From Chthonomonadales bacterium (GTDB lineage Bacteria > Armatimonadota > Chthonomonadetes > Chthonomonadales > CAJBBX01), in the NCBI GenBank assembly GCA_037443035.1, contig JBBIPC010000010.1, positions 44,276 through 108,275 on the forward strand: a stretch of 64,000 nt of DNA, given 5' to 3'. Made by a program: the position numbers and the translations under genes. Shown piece by piece: positions 57,744 through 64,000 of this stretch. Below the pieces are notes generated by a model. The model was not told the origin of the DNA. It worked only from the letters and a program-made list of their open reading frames with translations, and did not search any database. Position 1 is the stretch's first letter, and each line of letters begins with the position of its first letter.

Positions 57744-60700
57744 TCACTCCCACTCCTGCGAAGGCTCCTCCTCGCCGGCCAGTATCTTCTGCAGCCGATC
57801 CATCATGTCCCGCATACGGCCCGCCTTTTCCAGAACACCCACCACGCCCAGCTCCCGCTCGTGATCGCTGATCTTCACGTCCGCATAGCCTGTGTGATAG
57901 ACGACAGGCGCGGTGTGTCCGGCGGCCCGGATCGCCTCCAACAGGCGCTCCGTGTTGGTCCCGGGGATGTTCATGTCCATGAGGATCACGTCGAAGGACT
58001 GCACGGCCAACGCCTCCAACGCCCGCTTGCCATCGGTCGCTCCGACAGCCGTGTATCCCCGCTGCTTTGCCGCTCTGACGACAAGCTCGATCATGGGCTC
58101 TTCGTCGTCTACTACCAGAATGCGCAGACCGGCTGGTGCCGGCGTCGTCTCTGGCGTCTGAAGCAACTCGCTCAGGGCAACCGCCAGCCCATCCCGCGTC
58201 AACGGTTTGGCCACGAAGGGCACTCCTGACTCGAGGACGCCATGATGGACGATGGCGTTGTCCGTGTAGCCCGACATGAAGAGAACCCGCAGCCCCGGCA
58301 AGACCTTGCGCAGCTCCTCCGCGACCACCTTTCCATTCATCTCGGGCATGATGACGTCGGTCAATACGGCGTCAGGCCGGAGCTTCCCTTCACGGACGAG
58401 CGCGAGCGCCGCTGCTCCGGACTCCGCCGCCACCGGCTCGTAGCCAAGGTCGCGCAACATCCGGACGACCGTCTCCCGCACCGGCTCGTCGTCCTCGATG
58501 ACGAGTACCCGCTGACCGCTGCCCCGAATCACCGGCTTCGGAGGTGGAGCTTCGGTGAGTTTCTCATGCACCCGCGGTAGGTACACACGAAAAGTCGTGC
58601 CCTGGCCCAGCTCCGAGTAGACTTCGATGGAGCCACCCATCTGCTTGACCGCACCGAAGACGCCCGCCAGACCGAGCCCTGTCCCCCTGCCGGGTGCCTT
58701 GGTGGTGAAGAACGGCTCGAAAGCATGCTTCTTGGTCTCCTCGTCCATGCCGATCCCCGTGTCGCTCACGGCCAACATGACGTACTCCCCGACGTGCGTG
58801 TACGGGTGCGTCCGCACGTAGTCTTCGTCGTGGAAGACTACGGCCGTCTCGATGGTGAGCTTCCCGCCTCGGGGCATGGCATCCCGCGCGTTGGTGGCCA
58901 GGTTCATGAGGATCCGTTCTATCTGAGCACGGTCCGCCTCGACCACTACCGTCTCCTGCGCCAGTACGACGTCCAGCCCGATGTCTTCACCCAGCATGGG
59001 CCGAAGCATCGCCATCAGATCCGCAACGACTTGGTTGACGTCCAGCGGTTCCAAGCGCAGGGGCTGTTGCCTGCCAAAGGCCAATAGCGCCTGGGTCAAC
59101 CGCGTACCTCGGTCCACTGCCGCCCGAGCACGCTCGATCTCCGGGCGCAGGCCGTCGTGCGGACCGAGGCGCCCGAGCGCCTCTTCGCAGGATCCGCCGA
59201 TGATCGTCAGGATGTTGTTGAAGTCGTGTGCAACGCCGCCAGCCAGTGTACCGATGGCCTCCATCTTCTCAGCCTGGGCGAGCTGGGCCTGGAGCTGCTG
59301 AGCCTCCTCCTCTGCACGCTTCCGGTGCTCGATCTCCCACACAACGTCTCCCACAAAGCGGACCACATCCGCGTCCCGCTCCGTGTAGTCTGTGGGCTTG
59401 TTGCACACGCTCAAGATGCCCACGGTGCGTCCCTGGCGCTCGATGGGCACCGCGAGCTGCCGCACGAGCGGTTGATGGCCTTCGGGCAACTCCTTCCGAT
59501 GGGGCAGCGCCGCAAAGTCGTTGTGAATCACCGGCCGTCGCTCGCCCACGCAATCGGCCCAGACGCCAGCGTTGGCGAGCACCATGTGACGGTCGCTATT
59601 GGTTGTAACGCCGCACAGCTCGGACGTGCGTGTCGAGTAGGCAACGATGGTCGCGACCCCGCGTTCTTCGTCCACCTCGTCGTAGACGGCTCCTGCGCTG
59701 TGTGTCAAGCGCTCGACAATGTCGAGCGCTTGTCGCAGGGTCTCCTGAAGCGAATGCCCGGCAGCGAAGTCCAGAAGCTGTGCACGCGCGTCGTTCATCT
59801 GTGCCATACGGACACGGTCCGTGACATCGGCGATAACACCGCCCACGCCGACGCTGTCTCCGAGAGCTACGGGGAACTTTCGCACCTCGTAGATGCGATC
59901 GCCCACCTCCTCCGTGGTAACGAGCACGTCGCCGGCACGTAGCGCGGCCTCGTCCGATGCGCGGCACGCGCGGGCGGCCTCCTCGGGCATCAGGTCGAAA
60001 TCCGTCTTGCCCAGGATCTCCTCTTCGCGACGGCCGAAGAACCGGCAATTGGCCTCGTTGACGGACAGGTAGCGGAAGGAGGAGTCTTTGAGAAAGACCA
60101 GGTCGGGCGACGCGTTGGCGTAGGCCCTATACTGCGCCTCGCTCCGTGCCAGTGCGTCGGTTGTTCGACGCTGGTCCTCCAGGATGCTCAGGAGCGCGGT
60201 CCGCGAGTCCTCGCTCTTAGCGAGAAGCTCCCGAACGTTGGCTTCGCTGGCTTCGAGCCGGCGCAGGGCGGCGTTCCGCTCGGACACATCCACGAACACG
60301 ACTGCGAAACGGCCTGGCTCCGTGCGGAACGCCGAGACGAGGAAATCCTTGCCCAGCCGCTCCGATCTTTCCTCGAAGACGACCGGCTCCCCTGTCTCGA
60401 CGACTTCCCGGTACCGCTCCAACCATTGAGGCTCGATGCCGGGGAAGACTTCGCGGAGCGTTCGCCCTACCACATCCTTGGCCTGGACCCCGAGCATACT
60501 GCAGAAAGCGCCATTCACCTGAAGGAAGCGGTAGTCCACCGCCCGGCCCTCCGCATCGTAGACCATCTCATGGACCGCGCAGCTCTGGGGCATGTTCTCG
60601 AAAAGCTGCTCGTAGCGGCGACGGTTATCCTCCACTGTATGGTGCTCGTCGCGAATTCGCTCCAGCATGGCGTCAGCACGCCTTGCCAGGCCGGTCAGTT

Positions 60701-61688
60701 CGTCGTTACCGTCCAGTTCGACTCTCGCGGCGGACTCCGCTTCCAGACTGACAGCGAGCATCTGGTCCGAGAGGCGCTTCAGCCTTCGACTCACATAGCG
60801 GTGTACCCAGAGCGCCACAATGGCGGCTACGAGCGCTCCCGCGACAAGCACGAAAGCAGCCAGCGCAATCACAATGCGTGATGCCAGTTGCGGCAGCTCG
60901 CGTCTCGCAGACACCGTGAGTATGGCAACGGGTTTGCCCTGGGGATCCTTCAGATATCCATAGGCACGCCCCTGGGAAGCGGATGTCAGTGCGGTGTAGA
61001 CCCCAGCGCCGCGCTCCAGGGCAATCCGTGCCTCGGCGCTGGCGGAGTCCGTGAGGGTGGTGGACAGCGGTGCCAGTGCGACGTCCACCTCGAGCCCCTG
61101 GGAAGTCCTTGCCAGATAAGCATCGTCGAGGAAACGACCCATGACGAGAGCCCCGCGCGGCGGTCCGCCTCGGTCGATCCGAAGGATGGGTGCCACGGCG
61201 ACGCAGGCGAGACGACCCTGGACGTCCAAGATCCCAGACAGGCGTCGGCGGGTCCCGATCATCCGCCGTGCCGCGCCCCGGATCGCGGGGTCCGTGGCGA
61301 TCTTGCCGCCCGTCTCCATGCGCTCGTGCTGTGCGTCGTAGGCTCCGCTCCACACTGGCGTCAAGCTGTTGTTGAGAATCACGAAGAAGTGGACATCCAA
61401 CGTCCGCATGCTCTCGGCAGTCAGGTTGGACTTCGCATACGTAGGGCTTCGCGTCTCGACAAACGCGTACGTGTCGTCCCGGTAGGCCCAGTCTTCGACG
61501 GTACGTAGTAGGTCGGCGGCGCGTATCTCCACCACGGCCTGCGCCCTGCGAAGGTTACGGGCGAGAAGTCGCCTTTCCATCCGTTCCGTCTCGCGGACCA
61601 CAACGGACTGTGACGCCAGCGCAATCACCAACCCGAGCACCACCACGGACGCGAAGTAGACGACGAGCACACGAGTTCCTAGTCTCAC
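57744..61688 (-). CDS. Hybrid sensor kinase (CHASE4-HAMP-2xPAS-GAF-HisKA-HATPase-REC-REC)
   Basis: DWAYRDDTY.FV (CHASE4), NDELTGLA, GGVAHDFNN, NARDAM, DTGIGM, FFTTK, GTGLGL, two receiver domains. Confidence 0.93.
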   Translation of the reverse strand: MRLGTRVLVVYFASVVVLGLVIALASQSVVVRETERMERRLLARNLRRAQAVVEIRAADLLRTVEDWAYRDDTYAFVETRSPTYAKSNLTAESMRTLDVHFFVILNNSLTPVWSGAYDAQHERMETGGKIATDPAIRGAARRMIGTRRRLSGILDVQGRLACVAVAPILRIDRGGPPRGALVMGRFLDDAYLARTSQGLEVDVALAPLSTTLTDSASAEARIALERGAGVYTALTSASQGRAYGYLKDPQGKPVAILTVSARRELPQLASRIVIALAAFVLVAGALVAAIVALWVHRYVSRRLKRLSDQMLAVSLEAESAARVELDGNDELTGLARRADAMLERIRDEHHTVEDNRRRYEQLFENMPQSCAVHEMVYDAEGRAVDYRFLQVNGAFCSMLGVQAKDVVGRTLREVFPGIEPQWLERYREVVETGEPVVFEERSERLGKDFLVSAFRTEPGRFAVVFVDVSERNAALRRLEASEANVRELLAKSEDSRTALLSILEDQRRTTDALARSEAQYRAYANASPDLVFLKDSSFRYLSVNEANCRFFGRREEEILGKTDFDLMPEEAARACRASDEAALRAGDVLVTTEEVGDRIYEVRKFPVALGDSVGVGGVIADVTDRVRMAQMNDARAQLLDFAAGHSLQETLRQALDIVERLTHSAGAVYDEVDEERGVATIVAYSTRTSELCGVTTNSDRHMVLANAGVWADCVGERRPVIHNDFAALPHRKELPEGHQPLVRQLAVPIERQGRTVGILSVCNKPTDYTERDADVVRFVGDVVWEIEHRKRAEEEAQQLQAQLAQAEKMEAIGTLAGGVAHDFNNILTIIGGSCEEALGRLGPHDGLRPEIERARAAVDRGTRLTQALLAFGRQQPLRLEPLDVNQVVADLMAMLRPMLGEDIGLDVVLAQETVVVEADRAQIERILMNLATNARDAMPRGGKLTIETAVVFHDEDYVRTHPYTHVGEYVMLAVSDTGIGMDEETKKHAFEPFFTTKAPGRGTGLGLAGVFGAVKQMGGSIEVYSELGQGTTFRVYLPRVHEKLTEAPPPKPVIRGSGQRVLVIEDDEPVRETVVRMLRDLGYEPVAAESGAAALALVREGKLRPDAVLTDVIMPEMNGKVVAEELRKVLPGLRVLFMSGYTDNAIVHHGVLESGVPFVAKPLTRDGLAVALSELLQTPETTPAPAGLRILVVDDEEPMIELVVRAAKQRGYTAVGATDGKRALEALAVQSFDVILMDMNIPGTNTERLLEAIRAAGHTAPVVYHTGYADVKISDHERELGVVGVLEKAGRMRDMMDRLQKILAGEEEPSQEWE

Positions 61689-61689
61689 G

Positions 61690-62691
61690 CTATTGCTCCC
61701 TGTCCGGCTGTTGCCGATCGGCGCTTTCGTAGGGGGGCGGCATCCCCAGACGCCTCGCCAGCTCGTTCACCTCGGCCTTGAGTTCAAGGACACGCTTTTC
61801 GCGGTTCATGGTTGCGCGGTACCACTGCTCCAACTCGGCGAGCCTTCTCGCAGTCTCCGCTTGGGCCGCTTTGAGGTCGGAGATATCGGAGACGACGCCC
61901 GTGACACGTCTGGCAACACCGTCCACGTCGCGCGTCACCAAGAACCGAATTAGGACCGGAAACCACCCGCCGTCCCGCCCTTTCAGCCGCACCTCGCAGG
62001 TGATGGTAGTCTCGCCGGCGGATACCCCGTGTTCGAACCGCTGCCGCAGTACCTCCCGGTCATCCGGATGCACGAACCGCCTCCACTGGCTACGCGAGCG
62101 TTCCGAACTCGACGCCTCCGGCGTCAGCATTTCCAGCAATCGCGCCGAAGCGTAGATACGATCTGAAACCAAGTCGATGTCGAAATACCCGTCTCTCGTG
62201 CTTCGCAGAGCCAGCTCCAGGCGTTCGTTGGCCTCGCGTAGGGCCTGCTCCAACCGCACCCGTTCCGTGATATCCACGCCCAGGCAGGTCACATCCACGA
62301 TCGCCCCGTGGACGTCCCGGGTCAGAACGTTGGCCCACTGTACCTCCCGCCGCTCACCGGTCTTTGTCAGTATGGGATTTTGATACGATGAATAATCGAA
62401 CGGATGCCGGCCGGACATGGCATCTCTGAAGACACCCTGGATCCCCTCGCGGATATCTTCGGGGATGCACGTCTCGAACCAATCCCGTCCCAGGATCTCG
62501 TCCGCCGTCCATCCGGTGAGCTGCAGGAAGTAGTCATTGGCGAATGTGATACGCCCCTCGGGGTCCAAGCTGATGCCGATTTGCGGCATGCGCATCAAGA
62601 CATTGCGCCACTTCAGCTCGGATTCTTCGAGACGGTGTTCCAGCTCCCGACGATAATGATTCCGTTCCGCTCCACTGTTCTCGATCATCAT
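61690..62691 (-). CDS. Tandem PAS protein with C-terminal coiled coil and no enzymatic output
   Basis: Two PAS/PAC (GRDWF, VHPDD); tail NREKRVLELKAEVNEL...PPY. Confidence 0.88.
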   Translation of the reverse strand: MMIENSGAERNHYRRELEHRLEESELKWRNVLMRMPQIGISLDPEGRITFANDYFLQLTGWTADEILGRDWFETCIPEDIREGIQGVFRDAMSGRHPFDYSSYQNPILTKTGERREVQWANVLTRDVHGAIVDVTCLGVDITERVRLEQALREANERLELALRSTRDGYFDIDLVSDRIYASARLLEMLTPEASSSERSRSQWRRFVHPDDREVLRQRFEHGVSAGETTITCEVRLKGRDGGWFPVLIRFLVTRDVDGVARRVTGVVSDISDLKAAQAETARRLAELEQWYRATMNREKRVLELKAEVNELARRLGMPPPYESADRQQPDREQ

Positions 62692-62772
62692 CGCGCTCCT
62701 GTGGTCGACACAGCCTCGATTTGTCGGGCACGGCCGGCATCCGACCTGCCTAGGCCCGCGCCTTTCGCAACC

Positions 62773-63972
62773 TTACCTTTCCGCCCGGGGGAAGTCATCG
62801 GGCAAGATGAATTCTGACGGGGAGGGCATGCGGTAGTCGGGCAAGTCCTCGTCCGTGTTGGCGATATAGACCCACCAATTATTATAGCCGTACCGCGTAT
62901 AGCCCGGGGATTTGGGGATCCGCTCCAGCCACCACTTCATGTAGCCGAAGTGGCTGTTGCCCCACTCGTCGGAGCCGATTAGCCGCGGCTTGCCCCGCAG
63001 GTCCGGATAGTGCCGCAGGTTGTCGGCCCACGAGAGCACGCGCCGCTTGTTGTTGTAGTCGTAGCCCGCCTGACCGTTGGGTGGTACATGGCAGTTGCCC
63101 GCCATGGAGGGCGTGCCGGGGGTGTCCATCTCCAGCCACGAGAACACGTTCCAGGGGTCCCGTCGCGTCTTCGGATCCCAGATCCCGTCGCCGAAGGCCA
63201 GCGCTGCCATGCTTTCGACCCGGTGGGCGTAACTATGGATCATGTTGTCGGGCCCGACCTCGTAGTTGAAGCCCATGACCCACATGGTATGCCCGATCTC
63301 TGGCGGAATGTCGTAGGGACGGTAGAGCCAGGGATTGTCCGTGGGCCCGAAGCGCGCGTAGCGGTTGGGGATGTAGCCTGCGAACTCGTCGAAATGGAAC
63401 CCAGGCGCGCCCCAGACCCATAGCTCCGTGATGTGCTCCCGTTTGCAGCGCTCCAGGATGCCGTTGTCCTCGAAGAACTTGCGGTAGGACGACGTGACCG
63501 GGTGCCATTGCTGGGTCCGATGCGCTTCTAAATAGGTGTCCTCGTCATAGCGCGTTCCGTCCAACCGCGTCGGGAATCCGTCCACTTCGATAATGTCCAC
63601 GATCTCGTAGTTGAGATAGCCCCAGCTTGCCTGCCGCACGACGTCGGCCAGGATATGGGAATACTGCACCGGGTCGTTCCAGCCGAAGTGCTCGATGAGC
63701 GTCTTGTTGCCGTGTTTGGGCAGGCGGGGGTTGTAGATGAGCACGATGACCTTGGCCAGCTTCCGGCCTGTGGCCGCCCGAGCGTTGTAGACGAACTTGG
63801 GCCGATCCCACTTCATGCCCCGGCGGTTCGCCACCGTATAGCACCCCTGCGGCTGGAGCTCGCCCGTGGGCTTCACCACCGTCAGCGTCTTCCAATACGG
63901 AACGTCCACCTTCTTGGCCGGGGCCTTCTGCCCCCCGGCCATCACCACCGCCACCATCACCACACTCCACAT
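62773..63972 (-). CDS. Secreted hypothetical protein with His-rich motif
   Basis: Signal-like N-terminus; ELWVWG, MGFNYE, HSYAHRVES, GNCH.PPN, NNWW; GGAGG RBS. Confidence 0.75.
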   Translation of the reverse strand: MWSVVMVAVVMAGGQKAPAKKVDVPYWKTLTVVKPTGELQPQGCYTVANRRGMKWDRPKFVYNARAATGRKLAKVIVLIYNPRLPKHGNKTLIEHFGWNDPVQYSHILADVVRQASWGYLNYEIVDIIEVDGFPTRLDGTRYDEDTYLEAHRTQQWHPVTSSYRKFFEDNGILERCKREHITELWVWGAPGFHFDEFAGYIPNRYARFGPTDNPWLYRPYDIPPEIGHTMWVMGFNYEVGPDNMIHSYAHRVESMAALAFGDGIWDPKTRRDPWNVFSWLEMDTPGTPSMAGNCHVPPNGQAGYDYNNKRRVLSWADNLRHYPDLRGKPRLIGSDEWGNSHFGYMKWWLERIPKSPGYTRYGYNNWWVYIANTDEDLPDYRMPSPSEFILPDDFPRAER

Positions 63973-64000
63973 CGCACCATACCTCCCTCGTCTGTAATGG

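Noticed and set aside
61685..61695. Frameshift joining the PAS protein and the hybrid kinase
   Set aside because: The kinase begins with its own N-terminal TM/CHASE4 region and the PAS protein has a complete-looking tail, so two genes are more likely
1..64000. CRISPR arrays, tRNA/rRNA, transposases, integrases, phage or defence genes
   Set aside because: No repeat-spacer periodicity, RNA gene signatures or such ORFs seen by eye; nearly all sequence is explained by other CDSs

Overview
GC-rich, gene-dense bacterial chromosome segment. The gene set (DUF1559-type prepilin '[34 protein letters not shown]', a DUF6785-like membrane protein, many large secreted CAZyme-like proteins) suggests Armatimonadota or a similar lineage; this is inference. 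Contents: (1) 0.7-16.1 kb, a Wzx/Wzy-type surface polysaccharide cluster with fnlABC (UDP-L-FucNAc), three GT4s, acyl/GNAT transferases, a DegT aminotransferase, an initiating sugar transferase and an adjacent kinase + methyltransferase pair; (2) a Gfo/Idh/MocA gene, two small unannotated Cys-rich ORFs, argD and thpR; (3) three two-component signalling loci (PAS/GAF/CHASE4 kinases, stand-alone receivers); (4) an apparent operon of DUF1559 prepilin-like gene, FmdE and ECF S/T/A transporter, preceded by a NikR-like GTGTTAC-N13-GTGCTAC site overlapping an extended -10, which is the best candidate for an undescribed system; (5) several secreted glycoside-hydrolase-like genes, two sharing an exact 16-bp LacI-like upstream motif, plus a Tat-exported fucose-isomerase-like protein; (6) nfeD-stomatin-transaldolase, ileS-lspA-lgt and mreBCD. 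No tRNA, rRNA, CRISPR array or mobile element was recognised. All family calls come from motif recognition by eye; no database search was run.
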